From: Chrysomallon squamiferum | Lineage: Eukaryota > Animalia > Mollusca | Reading direction: 5' to 3' | NCBI GenBank assembly: GCA_012295275.1 | Contig: CM022673.1 | Location: 28,520,001-28,584,000, forward strand | DNA: 64,000 bases | Shown: piece by piece, positions 29,807 to 45,191 of the stretch | Position numbering within the stretch: the stretch's first letter is position 1 | Layout of the letters: every line of letters begins with the position of its first letter | Made by a program: the position numbers and the translations under genes | The notes under the pieces: model-generated | Seen by the model: only the letters and a program-made list of their open reading frames with translations | The model's database searches: none | What the model was told of the DNA's origin: nothing

Positions 29807-30807
29807 ATGCGATTGTACCTGAAGAAGATTGTGCAGTGGCTTTTGGGTGTGTCCATCTTCGTCGTTGTTTTGCTCAACCTGTACAAACGCGATGTGTGGG
29901 TGTATGATCCCGAACATCGCCCGTGGGGACCAAATTTCGAAAGCAGGGGCGAAGCGAAAAAGAAGCTGTCTTTCGACGGGCCGCGGATACACGATCATAT
30001 ACTGAGGCAGCTTCGAAACACCACAGAAAAACCACGATTTCTTAATTCTTCTTCTGTGACCGTTCAGAAGGATTTACGCATCTACTACAGCAAAGAGTTC
30101 GACAGCGAGGACCGAATCGTCAACCAGCTGAAATTCGTGCCGAAGTCGGTGAAGGAAGCGCTTGCGAAGGGCAAGGAGCCGCCCATGAAAACGATCTTAC
30201 TGCCCCACGGTATCGGCGGGTGGAACATCAAACACGGGCAGGACCTGTTCATTGAACAGAAGTGTGCGGTGAACCGGTGCAGCGTCACGGACGATAAATC
30301 GCTGGGTGAAACCGCCGACGCCGTCTTTTTCAGCGGACAACCGGGACGTCCCTGGACCGCCCGTCCCCAGAAGCAGATCTGGGTGCTGTTCATGCTGGAG
30401 TCTCCCTACCACACCCCGCAACTGAAAAGCTACAACAACGTCTTCAACTGGACCGCGACGTACAGACACGACTCGACGATCGTCGCTCCGTACGAGAAAT
30501 TCGTGCCGTTCAACTCGTCGGTTCTGACCAAACCGCAGAACAAGAATTATGCCAAAGGGAAGACGAAGAAGATAGCGTGGTTCGTGTCCAACTGCGGGGC
30601 TCGCAATGGACGGAGGCAGGTGGCGGACGAGTTGTCGAAGTTCATGCAGGTGGACATCTACGGGGCTTGCGGAAGCCTCAAGTGCCCGAGATTTCAGTCG
30701 AATAAGTGTTTCGACATGCTCAACAGGGATTACAAATTCTACCTGTCTTTCGAAAACTCCAACTGCCGCGACTACATTACAGAGAAGTTTTTCGTCAATG
30801 GACTGCA
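29807..30807 (+). CDS. FucTA: Alpha-1,3-fucosyltransferase (GT10, glycoprotein 3-alpha-L-fucosyltransferase A-like), coding exon 1
   Basis: ATG at 29807 (caacATG) precedes a type II membrane anchor (IVQWLLGVSIFVVVLLNLY). GT10 motifs include FNWTATYRHDS, AWFVSNC, VDIYGACG and YKFYLSFENSNCRDYITEKF. The exon ends at a phase-2 donor CA|gtaagt at 30807/30808. The exon probably starts at the acceptor tcacag|G (29087). Confidence 0.93.
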
Positions 30808-33513
30808 GTAAGTAGATCACGTAATAATAATTATTATATGTTTGCAGGTTAATAGTACGTGTATGTATGTGTGTTATAGTATGTGTGTTGAGGGTTTGCA
30901 TAGCACAAAGTAATTAATTACCTGAAGTTTGTTCGAAGTTGACTAATTTTGTATGAACGATTATCCTGTTTCGTTATGTGTGCATGCATGTGTGTGTATG
31001 TGTATATTTATATATGTGCACATATGTATAAGTAATATAACTGATTTTTCTAATATTTATCTTAATCGGTTATCTCGGTACTAATTATATAACAGCTCAA
31101 CCCTGTTAAACAGTTTTTCAAGTATGTGCAGTTTATCTTTCTTTATAGAAATAAGCTGGGAAAAAATGTAAGATTAAAAATTATAAAAAGAAAGATGATG
31201 ATGATGATAAATAACTATTAAAATCTTTAATTCATTTCTCCTTTCCTGCTGAAGCTTTATTGATATACAACAAATTTAAAATGCACAAACAAACAAATAA
31301 AATAAATACGACAAAAAAACAACAAAAAAAAAAACACATACAAAAAGAATTCTGTTAAGCTGACTCATCAGTTTTAGATGAATGAGAAAAGGAAAAAAAA
31401 AAAAAAATAAAAAAACCCAAACAAGAATAAAACTATATTTCCCTCGGGACTATCAGCAGGTAAAAGCATATTCATGAACACAACATTAGCATCTAAAATT
31501 CCTTTGTTCTTTATCTGTCTATGCCTTTTTCGGGTTGCGGATATTTATCTCTATACATTATTAAGATAACCACTAATGATGGATACTTGATCTTTGACAC
31601 GGTGTGATGTCCTAAAGCGAGTATTTCAGCTTGGAATACAAGGCTGGTATATCCATGGATCTAATTTCGTTGTATATACAAGCACACGCCCACAGGTATT
31701 AAACATTTTAATTGTGTGTATGTCTGTAATTGTGTGTGTGCATGTGTGTGTGTTTGTCTCTCTGTCTGTCTGTGTGTGTGTAAGTATATACTGTCCTACA
31801 TAATTGTATACTCTTTTCTAGCACAGATATAGTCCGGTAGCACTTACCCAGCATCATATTCTACATTATTTTCACAAGGGCGTCTTTACATATATATTAA
31901 GGTGTTTTTTTGTTGTTGTCATTATTAACATTAATTGTTCTTTTGAAGATAAATTATGATAATACTCATGTATTTCTTTAAAAAATATCTAAGATGACAG
32001 TGTGCATAGACCAATATAATAAAGAAAAAAAAGTGCAGTTCATTTTCAATACAATGCCTACAAAAAGAACAAAAGCGTTATGCTAATGGTTAGGAGCCAA
32101 GGAAGGTACGAGAAGTCTTGTATTAAACCGTGTTCATACAAACAGAATTCAGCAATACTGGTTCAAAAGACTTTCGTAAAAGCTGCTTTAACTCTATCAT
32201 GAGTGATTCGTCTACACTAACATATTTTGAAAACAAAGTTCAGACTGCCCTGTTTGCAGATTTTGCTAACGCTGTCACTTCTTTCTTAAATGTTACGTGT
32301 TCAAAAAACATGATCTCCACATTTAAAAATAACGCTTGATCTTTGGACAGTTTCTTTTGTGAAATGTTAAATTCTGGTTTCGTTACACCAATTATAAACT
32401 AGGTCAGTGTAGTGATTCACAAGACAGTGTCATCTGCGTACATTGACAGCGATACGCAGTTTTTTTTTATTGTTAAGTTCAAAGCCACATTCCAGTCGTT
32501 TAATTTCATCTGCCAAGTCACTTTTACATAACGCGAATTAACTTGGTGAACTCCATTTTCACATCCAATTTCACATCCTATTTCACTCCATTTTCAGTCC
32601 ATTTTCTACATGTAAACTTGATGAATTATAAAAGTTCTCTCTAACCAGGCATTCAACATTTTCGTACAGTGTCTTGTGGGACTGTACAGTTGCCGCTCAC
32701 ACCAGATTTTAACAGTTTAAACCAAAAATTAATTTCTAATCACTGAATCAAAAGCTGTCTTAACGTCAATAAAACATACATGTTTGGTTTTCTTCAAAGC
32801 TGCTTAGTCTACACGGTGCTTATACAAAGAACATATGTGATGGATGTAGCTACTGTTTCTTTCTTTCTTGGTTCTTTGTTTTGTTTTTTGTTTTTTTGTT
32901 TTTCTACAGAATACATTATGTTCATTAGGTATTAGATCAGATTCTTTAAATTATTTAGACAACCTAACATTTATACAGTTTACATGGAATTCACTATACA
33001 GTTAAAATCTCTATGTCCATGGTTGGTGCTTATTCGGTTTCACGATATGATTAATAATATCTTTGTCTTGAGACCATCGAATTCCAAACCTGAATTCAAA
33101 GACTGATAACAATTCAATGCACGCTATTTTCAAGTGGAATACGGTTAACATCTTATCTCTACATAGGATCGTACGCAATGCCCGATTTTTTCTTTCCTTT
33201 AACGTCAGAAATTTTCAGATCAGCGATAATCATTGTTCACAGTCAGACTCGGATCACTGAATTCATGTTCATCAACAACTGTTTTGTTTCTGTTTCTTTG
33301 TTCTTGTTGTTTTCTTTATTCTTTTTTGTTTCTGGATTGTTGTTGTTGTTTTCTTTTTTTTAATCTTCATTGTTTCTTCATTGTCTCCAGCGGTTTTATT
33401 TGTGGTTTTGTCTGACTGAAAATTAGAAATAGAAAATCAAAATATATAATATATATATATATATATATTGTTTATTTTATTTTATTTTATTTTGTTTTAA
33501 TATCCTCCCAGCA

Positions 33514-33549
<36 letters not shown>

Positions 33550-34105
33550 CAGAGATAATCTCTTTTATCGTTAACATTAATCTTTGCATGAACTTTGTCT
33601 CAACCGAACTTACGAGCGAGTCTGATATCAGTGATAAGCCAGTGAAAGAACGTTCAAACTGATCATCTAACCTGTCAGTGTACTTTGTTAGATTTACGAT
33701 CGTTTACATTTTCTTTCCGAAAAACAGATGTTGAACAAATATAAAACAGATACATAAAACAGAGACAGAAACAGATAAAAAAAAAAAAGAGTTAAATTTT
33801 AATGAGAAATAAACAAAGTAATGTTTGTTTGACTGTCCCTCACGCTGGTGACAGTTAATAACGGCGTGTTTACTTACTGGTTCCACGTCTCGTGAAATCA
33901 AGCAGTAGAACAGGCAAAGTGGTGAGCAGCACCTGTTACATAAGATTACATCCTAAAATGACCTAACTGTGTGAGTTTCCAAACGCGATAGTCTGAAGAT
34001 TACTTAATATGAAACTGCTTCTTTTCTCATTGGACGTTGACCGATAACATTGTTCTGGTTACGTTTTTAATTCGCACCGATAGTGTTAGTGTTCCTCCTT
34101 TGTTC

Positions 34106-34201
<96 letters not shown>

Positions 34202-34264
34202 GTCTCTCTCTCTCTCTGTCTCTCTCTCTCTCTCTCTCTGTCTCTGTCTCTGTCTATCTCTCTG

Positions 34265-34301
<37 letters not shown>

Positions 34302-34374
34302 GTCTGTCTGTCTCTCTTTCTGTCTCTCTCTCTCTCTCTCTCTCTCTCCCCCCTCCCTCTCTCTCTCTCTCTCT
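34106..34374. repeat. Interrupted (CT)n tract in the fucosyltransferase intron
   Basis: Read directly from the sequence. Confidence 0.97.
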
Positions 34375-36518
34375 GTATATGTGGATTGTTGGCGTGGATG
34401 TTGATGTTAGTGAATGTGTATTATGGCTGTTGACACTTATTTATTGCCACTGTACATGATATATCAAAAATGACAACGACGAACAGTGTTACTCATGTTA
34501 TTATCGACAAGTAACAAGTGCTGGAGATGACATTGTCCGTCGCGTGGTATCTAATAATGAATGTCGCCACCTGATTGGTTGTGACGTCATAGCTTGATGA
34601 GGTAAAATTACAAGAACCCATTTATCTAGTGATGCGTCCAGTACATTTTATGTGCCTCGTTATTTCTTCTTGTTATGAACGCTCTGTGACTAATTCCGCT
34701 AATAAATTTATTGTCATTATAAACTGCCAAGTATCGTTCCCCTGAATGTGTCATTAGAAAAATCTGCAAAAAAAAAATCACATTACAGAAGCTCTTTAGC
34801 TTGGTGGAGAATACTAATTTTCGTTCCTTATGGAACAAATCTTGAAGAAGGTGGTTTTTGAAGAACACGTCTTGGGTTTTGTTTCGCTATGTTTGTTGTT
34901 TGTTTATTTATTTATTTGTTTATTTATCTGTTTGTTTGTTTGTTTGTAGTGAGGGAGATGTTTTGGTTTTGTGCATGTGTTAGTTTAGACACATATTTTG
35001 TATGAGCAGACAGTTGTGCGTGTGTGTATATGTGTGTGCATGTATGTGTGTGTAAATATGTGTATCTCTATATGTGTATCTCTGTGTATGTATGAGTATA
35101 TGTGTATGTATAATACTACTATAAATAATACTAATTATAAATACTACTACTACTAATAATAATAATAATAAATTTAAAAAGAACTGTAGACATGCACGTC
35201 GTTATCCTTTGTTAAAACAACGTCCAATTATTTTTCCCATGATGAGTATAATTATTCTTTTCTCCCACAGTGAAATATATACAGAACACAGCTAACTGGT
35301 AAAATGATCCCAGAAAATGAAGCAGGGACTTTCTATTAAGACACATACTACAGTCGCAGTGTAATTAAAAACCAAGCTAATGTGCATTACCGTAAAAACT
35401 GCAAAATGCCAGTTATTATACAGAATAACTGCAGTATAATAATTATTGGAAATTACATTTCAAAATAACGCACAGATTTTCGGTCTATTAGGGATAAAAT
35501 ACAATAAGAACTACCCATCATTTCATCTCGTATATATCACAGCGGACTGACAGTCATATTTGTTCACAAAACTAGACGAAGCTTGAGATAAATATGGCAT
35601 CCTCTACGAAATGACGTCACAATTACAGAAAAATGGCGGCCAACAGATATATACACATGTATTTATTTCTTTTACAAACTGTGTTCTTTTGTTGTTATAC
35701 TTCTTTTTAAATTAAAACTAGATGGCAAAAAAAAAAAAAAAAAAAATAAAGCATATATAACTGAACTATTTCTTCGTATCACCAAAGGTACACTTTAAAC
35801 ATCAGATGCATACGTGTTATTTGTGGAAGCGTTCTGAACTTAGAACAAACTGCTTAACATTTCATTTAATTATATTTCAACACTTAGCATTACTCGAAAT
35901 GTTTGTTCACTGGGTTGGATCGTCAGTATGACAAAACTGGTTAATCGTTTGAACAAGTTCCAAAATCCAGTTATAGAGTTAAGGCCTTTGAAAAACAAGA
36001 CTGTATTAGGAAATAAGATTTTTGTGTGTGTCTGTCTGTCATATACTGATTAAAATATTCAGTGCTTTGGTAGTTAACAATTAATTCAACTATTTCTGCT
36101 GCTACTGCTGTTTCTGATATTAATACTAACACTATTTTTGTTGTTTTAACAGCAGAAGTCTCGTGTGTATATATATACATATATATATATCAGACAATCA
36201 GAAAAAGGATTATCTAATTGTTAATGTTTGAAACTGACGCGTACCTTTGAGCTAAACAGAGTTGACGAAGCTAAATTTACCTGTGTTATCTCTGTTTGGA
36301 TAAGATCTGCTTTACAGAAAACATACCTGCCTGCGGCTTAGTTAGTGCACTATCGCCGAGCTGATAAGATGATCAAGTATCACACTGTGTATGTAATGTG
36401 TGATTGTGTGTGTGTGTGTGTGTGTGTTTGTGTGTGTGTTTGTGAGTGTGTCTATTTGTGTGTGTTTGAGCGAGTGTACATATGTGCATAAGTTAGTTTA
36501 ATCCATCGTATAGATTTT

Positions 36519-36677
<159 letters not shown>

Positions 36678-38099
36678 CTCTTTGTGGGGGTGTGTTTGCT
36701 AATAACAATATATATAAATAATTTTTTTTTTTTTATTTATTAATTTTTTTTATAATTTATGCTTATTTTTCATATATTTCAAAGGTTATGTACCTGATCA
36801 TACATTTAAATAAGCGAATGACTGACTAATAATTCAAGCCATGACTGTAACTAAATCCCTGTACGAGAACTGTACATATCGAGCATGTTGCTCACTCATA
36901 CATTATTCGAACTTGTTGCCTGGATACTATTTTTATATGTTGTGAACGTGGGGCTGGTATTAGAGCGACGCTGTTATAATTTTTGCACTGATTGTGTGAT
37001 GTGACTTCGGCAAACAATGGATACTTTGAGTTTACGAAACAAGCAGGAAGCAGGATACGTTCATCTTGCGTCATAGAGATACTTCTGAAATTACAGGAAA
37101 TTGTCTCGTCCGTCCTAGTTTTATTTATTTATTTAATGTTTTATTTATTTTCAAATTGTTGATATCATAGAAACTAAAAAAAAAAAAAAATGGAGTATAA
37201 AACTGAACATTTATTTATTCGCCTATGTTAGTGTGTCTGTGTTTTGCGTTTGTATCTGTCTGTGTGTGTGTGTGCGTGTGTGTTGTGTAAAATCGTGTAT
37301 TCCACAAAGGGACAAATTGTTTAATGAAAATTATTTAAAACTATCACAGCTATTATCACCATTATCATTATTTCTTGTGAAGAATTTAAATAAATATATA
37401 AAATTTATAAAACATGTTAAATAGATTTTATAAACGTAATATCTATGTGATATTCTTATCGGAATGCATAAAAAAACCGTTGAAACTGCTATTAATTTAA
37501 TCATGTTTTTATATCGCTAAAACATCTGTTGGATTTGTAATTGTGATATAAACGATAACGTGAAAAAATTGTTTTGATGAAAGATAAATTATAATAGTAT
37601 AAATAATGACAGATTACTAAAATATATATTTTTTTAAATCAATATATTATATATACATTATATAAACATGTTATTTATATATATAAGTACGAAAGCATAA
37701 GAAATCAAACATAACTACAGATCTCAAACTTTTTTTTTATCATACTTTGTTATGATCAGTAATAGGTGGCCAAAAACACAATAATAACTTAATAATCGAT
37801 TAATTGTCCAGTTAGTCTTTCAAAATTAGTATCTCAATTTATAAAATGGGAATCGAGTCGTTGCCTTCCAAGTCACACGCACGCACACGCACACGCACAC
37901 ACACACACACACTCACACAAACACACACGCGTATAATTGTCATGAAGCTGCACATGGAAGAACAACGAAAGGAAGTAATATTTTATTTAATGACTCATCC
38001 ACTTTTAACCTACGACTATAATGTTTGCTGCAATAAAGTATATGATTCAAGACCATAGGCTGATAAATAATGGAGAAAACCTGATACTTTTTTTTTTTT

Positions 38100-38150
<51 letters not shown>

Positions 38151-38493
38151 TTCTGTTAATGTTAAGGGGCTAAGAGCGGGTAACTTCACAATAAAAATAT
38201 GTTACGTATAAAATGTGCTACAGACGTGTTTAGTTACACTCTCAGATGTCTAACGTTGACGACGGTTTCATACAAATTGCTAGCGTCAAGGACAGGTCGT
38301 TTGACAGAGAAGAGTGATAGTGATCTCTAGTTCTTAAGTTTGTTATCTGTCTGACTATCTGTAGCAACAGCTGTATGCGTAAAATAGAATATGCAATTTC
38401 ATATGCATTTGTACGTCATCACACTGACCAGCAGATGTTTTACAGTCACAGAGAAGATCGAGAATTCATGCAGAAATAATTATCATTATTTAG

Positions 38494-38614
<121 letters not shown>

Positions 38615-39029
38615 TTTCCAAAAATAGTAACAAATAATAAAACCATATTTAAAAGCCCTTAAACGATAAGAATTTACCATGTACTGTTGTTACGAGTAGA
38701 CAGAGGAATTTTATTTTACAGACTGTTGTATGTTTATTTTATAATTGTTTTATATGTACGTGATGAAAATGTCAGTTTAACATATTACAGTTCTCCTTCT
38801 CCCCAGCATTGATATTATCATCATATTACTTTTATTATTAGTAGTAATAATAGTAGCAGCAGTAGTAGTAGTAGTAGTTGTGGTTGTTGTTTTCATACTA
38901 GTATTATTACTGTTACTAACATAACCAAACTTCAAAAAAAAAAAAAAAAAATAATAATAAAAATAAAAATTGAAAAATTAAAAAATACTTGTATTCTATT
39001 TTACTTCACGCTAACCTATTTTATTTCAG

Positions 39030-39369
39030 ACATGACGTCATTCCCATAGTAATGGGCGCAGCACCGGAAGACTACAAACGAGCAGCGCCACCTCACTCGT
39101 ACATCCACGTGGAAGACTTCCCATCCATCAAGGAACTCGCAGACTATCTGCTAAAACTCGACCAGAACGACGACCTGTACAATGAATATTTCCAGTGGAA
39201 AGGAACGGGGAGTTTCATCAACACGTTCTTTTGGTGTCGCATGTGTAACGTGCTGCACGACACTCGGGAACCTTCGTGGTTTTCCGACGTGGACGAGTGG
39301 TGGCGGGGTGACAATGTTTGCATAGGGCAAGATAAGTGGATGACACGCCTAAATAAGACTAAACACTGA
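39030..39369 (+). CDS. FucTA: Alpha-1,3-fucosyltransferase, final coding exon
   Basis: A branch-like ctaac at 39011 precedes the acceptor tttcag|A at 39029/39030. Splicing CA+A restores NGLQHDVIPIVMGA...SYIHVEDF...LADYLLKLDQNDDLYNEYFQWK, which completes the alpha-1,3-FucT motif. TGA is at 39367-39369. Joined CDS is 1341 nt (446 aa). Confidence 0.93.
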
Positions 39370-39422
39370 TAGAGCTTATTTAGTACGAAAACCAGTAATT
39401 CATTTTTACAACGTAATATGCT

Positions 39423-39582
<160 letters not shown>

Positions 39583-40402
39583 TGTTTTCGGGGTTTTAAT
39601 CTTCGAAAACAAAATAAAAATAAAATAAAACAAATCAAAAATTAAAATTAAAATTTAAAAAGAACTAACAAAAAAACCCTCCTAAAAACCGCTATATAAA
39701 ATGAATTCAGGACCAGTTATAATTATTATTATTATTATTAATTTCAATAATGTTCGTTAACACAGATATTCATATATTTTGTTGCGTTAAAAACGCATTT
39801 TATATATATATATATATTTATTTATTTCCTTAGAGCTCTTGCATATTACGAAGTGGCCGTATTGCAAATGTTGCAGGTAAAAGCCCTCGTTTTGCTTACA
39901 AAATATATCCAACAACTGCAAGGTAAATGAACTCAGTATAAAATCTTAATTATACGAAATGCACACGCACGTATAATTACGTCGTCTTGCGAGTAACTTT
40001 ATTAAAGAAAATACGGTAAATCCCGATGACAGATGAATCGGAGAAAAGTCGTCTATTTACGTCAGTTTCCGCTGGCGACCAACAATGCAAACTCGTTATG
40101 TGATAATCCAACAGCTTACGATTATGACGAAGAGTATGTTATACAGTGGCTCCTCATAACAGTATATTTATTCGGATGTGAGAGTTGAAACCCAGTAATT
40201 ATGTCTATGTATGTATATATAATGTACGTAACCAGAAGAACAAAAGAAAGTGTTTTATATTTTTATGATTCCATTATTATATTCGTGTTTTATTTTTTTA
40301 TATTCTTAGTGAAAAATCTCTTAGTCACTCTTTTAAAATCCATCTTTGTGATACCGTTTTCGACTTAACGTTCTTTGTTTTCTTGGGAATTTATTATTAT
40401 TA

Positions 40403-40455
<53 letters not shown>

Positions 40456-40511
40456 ATTATTGTTGTCATTAATCTTTTCTGTTTACTATTTTTATTTTTT
40501 TTTTAATTTGT

Positions 40512-40542
<31 letters not shown>

Positions 40543-41596
40543 TATATTTATTTATAAAAATATTTTTTGTGGCTTGTAAATAACATTTGAGTGACAATAA
40601 CAATAATATACTAACAAGGAAATCCTTATTAATTTTCTGTGTTCGTTTTCGTTCAGTTGACCTTTTAACTATTTGCTCAATACTGGACCAAGCCTTGAAA
40701 TGTTATTTCAAATATTTCTTAATAATGCACTGTTTAATGTATCTGTTTTATAAAACACACACATGCATCCACACACAGAAGAAATGAAAGGATATTAATC
40801 GGATTAACGGATTAATATTCAGCTGAAATATGACCGATTTGTACGAAGGGTTATAGACCAACAACAAACAAAACGAAGGGTACAAAAACGTTCAATCCCA
40901 GACGCTTTGCAAACTGTTATTAATAATTTTGCTACCATTTCCAATCGTTCTCAAGCTAAATTCAACATAATTATTATTTTGCAAAGCCTGATTTGGTATA
41001 TGCTATTTGTCATGTGACCAAAAAATGCAGTAACTATATTTTGAGTCATTATCAAGCCATGTTTTAATTTTTAATTTTTAAATTGTTTTTTGTGGGTTTT
41101 TTTTTTTTTTTTAAATTTTATTCGCGAATTAAAAAGAAAAGAAAAGAAACAAAGGATATAATACTAACAACAATATCAACAATGTTGTACCCTACGAAGG
41201 AAAAAAAAATCACTAACTTTTAATAATCCTTTGACCCATATAAGATCACGCTGTTACGGGGCGTACCTTTAACGAGGGGTAACGTGATATCGTTACAGTG
41301 TTGAGTGAATTTCACTTGTTCACTTTTCTCCTGTGTGTGGCCTTAACGTAGAGAAATATTTGTATGTCTGATTTCTTTTTTTTAATTTAAAATCCTTTCA
41401 GTCGTATGTTTATATATCTGTGATGCAATGTGATTCTTAATGGTTGTGATGTATATTTTTAATTCACTCTTTCACCATCTCATTGTAAATGTTGCGAACT
41501 ACATTCCACATTCAAATTTTCACAATGGTTTTGAAGAATGATTCATTTGTATATTATTTACATTTCGGGTTCACCCAAAATATTTGTATATTTTAA

Positions 41597-41627
<31 letters not shown>

Positions 41628-42450
41628 ATTGATTTGTTTGGACGTTAGGAGATCTATAATCATCCTTATTTTTGTTTTTTGTTGCCGATATATTTCTATC
41701 TCTCTTATTTTTTTTTTTTCTTTGTTTTCTTGTTTTTCTTTAATAAAAAGCATTCCATCATTGAAGTTACATAACCACAGCAACAATGATGCCCCCAACG
41801 TCTTACCGAAATACGTCATCCGCTTTTACGTAATATATTAATTCATGCATCCGAATCAAATCATAGCCTCAGAATGTTTTATTTTGATTCACGCTGTAAC
41901 TGTAAACTGTATGTATTTGTTTCCTGTACGCTTGACATGTGTTTTAACAACCACCAAGTCGTAATCGTAAAACAGAACAATAAAATCTTTGCAAGTCCCG
42001 CTGTTATACGTAACAACTGTGTAGTTGTACCATGACTCTGAATCAGATTATAACAATCAGAAGTTTATATTTCTACACCAATCTTCAGGGTCAGTCAGGT
42101 GTGGATATTGTCAATTGAACCTTTTGTGATTGAATAATGGTAAAATCATTCAAGAAGTATAATTGATTTTTAAATATATATATATATATATTTTTTATTT
42201 ATTTATTTATTTTTATTTATTTATTTATTATTATTATTATTATTTTAATTCTGTATATATGTTAGCACTGTATTGTATTTTGAGAAAAAAACAAAAACAA
42301 TAATCTATGATAAGTTGATTTAGTTCAGTTAATTTGTCTGAAAGTTAAATTTCGAAATTAGATTCATGTCTAAATTAAAATTATTTGATAATTAATGTTA
42401 TTCAGATTATCAGAATGTTTAGTGTATTACAGCGATATTCAGATTGAGTG

Positions 42451-42490
<40 letters not shown>

Positions 42491-43263
42491 GGATTCTATC
42501 CTGTCAGTATTTTGTACTGACACCAAAACAAATTATATATATACATATATATAAAATTTAGTTTTCAGTCCTTAACAATAATCAGCCAAAAATTATCATA
42601 TATTGTTTATTAATCGTAAATAGATAAAGATTTTTTTGTTTAAATATTTAATAACAGACTACCAATCAAATTGTTTTATATCAAAACCAAACGAACCTTC
42701 AGTGCTTATTGCGATAAGCATCAAAATCGAAAAAATGTCTAAATGGATCTTTATTCATTTTGATCCGGACACCGCGATGTGTAAACTGGTTAACGATTTT
42801 TCAAATCGTGTTTAGATAACCTGCTACGATATATAATATTACTAAATGGATTTAGAAACATGAATATTTTATATCAATAGACATGCAAATTCTGTTATAT
42901 ATGTTAAAAAACCAAAAAGCAAATCAAAACATTTTTTTAATGTTTTATATCAGTAATCGGCCAGATTGTATTATAGTGTTATAAATGATTCCTGGTTTGT
43001 TCTGATGCGGTTGTTTTCAGTTGTCTATCAAATGGTCCCAGTTTGTAATGACAATCAAAATCGTATATATATTTTAATCGCAAATCTAGCGGCTGCCATC
43101 ATGTTTGCAATGGTTGCATGAATAGATTATTTTCGAAACTCTCTTTGTATTAAATTTTGAATTATTCTAATATTATTTTTCCTATTAGGCTTTGATCCCG
43201 CATTATAATTATTTTTATTTATCATCGTTATTATCAGTATTGCTTTTACAGTTATTATTATTA

Positions 43264-43331
<68 letters not shown>

Positions 43332-43529
43332 GTTATTATTACTATTATTATTATTATTAATGTGCTTTCGTATTCTATTCATTCATTCCATTTCTCAGTC
43401 ACCATTCCTACACTCTAATTTTTTAATTACTTGTGTTAATTATTGATTTGTTGTTAACTGTTATCATTCCTCGTATGGGCTATTGTATTGAAGTGTGAGT
43501 GATATGGAGTTTGTTTTCTTCATTTTTCC

Positions 43530-43580
43530 AATAAACCGTCCTACTCATTACAGTTGTTTGTTGTTTCTTGTTGAACTGGC
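43530..43580 (+). terminator. Candidate polyadenylation signal of the fucosyltransferase gene
   Basis: AATAAA at 43530-43535, CA about 16 nt downstream, then GT-rich gttgtttgttgtttcttgttg. A proximal AATAAA is at 41979-41984. Confidence 0.4.
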
Positions 43581-43727
43581 GTGTTATTGTGTTTGCCTCG
43601 AGTCTAGAAAATAAGGAGCTTTTTATCTGCGTTGTATGTGCCCATTATACGAGAACACACTAAGCAGATAACTAACTATACAGGCGTATACTGAGTTAGG
43701 AGTGAGTGAGTGAGTGAGTGAGTGAGT

Positions 43728-43769
<42 letters not shown>

Positions 43770-44744
43770 CAGGGAGGGAGAGGGAGGGAGAGAGAGGGAG
43801 GGGGAGAGGGAGAGGGAGGGAGGGGGGGGGGGGAGGGAGGGAGAGGGAGAGAGTCACACAGAGACAGACAGATAGACAGACAGCAACATTTACACATCTA
43901 TAACCTGAAATCTAGGTATTAATAATTATGGACCTTTTATCTTCAGACACTAAACGGAACCGTTACACAGTATTTTAGTCTTTCAGAAAAAATTTGACTG
44001 TTTATTTTATTTTCCTAGATATATATGTCACTATGACGCGTACAACACGTTTTTTTTTTCAATTGACTTCTCTGAATGGAAACGGTCAATTTTTCTATTG
44101 TCTCTGTGACAGAAAACTGGCGTATTGACAAGTGCCGTGGCAGACTTCGAAACTAATCTGACAACAGCGCCGTTCATGCATACATTTAGTGTTGTATTGA
44201 ATTAACACAGAGTTATTGATTATATTTCTGTGGGTGCATGCTTTACTTATTCAGCATACAGAGCGAAAATGGAAAATACATCTATAAAACACAAAATGTA
44301 GAGGTTCGTTTTAAACCTTTGGTTGAAGTAGTGGTTGAAGTCTACCAACAGCTTCATTCTGGTAGATGCTGGCTTCGTGTCGTTATTCTATTTATAAATA
44401 ATTCCCATACCAAAAATTACCGGACTTATGAGATAATGAAACAAAAATCGAGTGGATTATGTTGTCACAAAAGAGCCTACTGCTTGACAAACCTGATACC
44501 ACAGTAAGGCAAAAATTTATAACCTTCATCAATATTGTATTCCTCCCCTTGGTACCCAGAGTCACTTCTGAGGTCTAGCGTGTGGGTATTGTATTTCCTT
44601 TCAAATCTAATAAGCTATAGCTGTCCTTGATATGAAAAAAAATCTATAACTGCTGCGTTCTGTATTAATTATTACTGACTAGCATTTTTGTCGTCGTCTA
44701 ACTTCTTACGTGTAAACGTTTTTGTTCATTCCGTGTTTCCAGTC

Positions 44745-44915
44745 GTTTCCTGTCTACAGGGAAGTGCACATAATCCGTCCCTTGCGTTTAATCGAAACAA
44801 ATTAGTCCAGCATGTGGCTGAATCAGATTTCTTCTTGGTTTACTGTAATAATGTCCTCCTGATTGAATGGCGCCAAAAAACCGTTAATTAAAAATGTCGA
44901 GTTAAAACCATTTCT
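44745..44915 (+). mobile_element. Degenerate SINE-like fragment (same family)
   Basis: tcctgtctacagggaagtgcacataa...tcccttgcgtttaatcgaaa...tagtccagcatgtggc. Confidence 0.45.
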
Positions 44916-44934
44916 TTCAGTCAAATACAGACGC

Positions 44935-45191
<257 letters not shown>

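Noticed and set aside
29726-30901. Antisense and alternative-frame ORFs over the fucosyltransferase exon
   Set aside because: These are shadow ORFs of GC-rich coding sequence.
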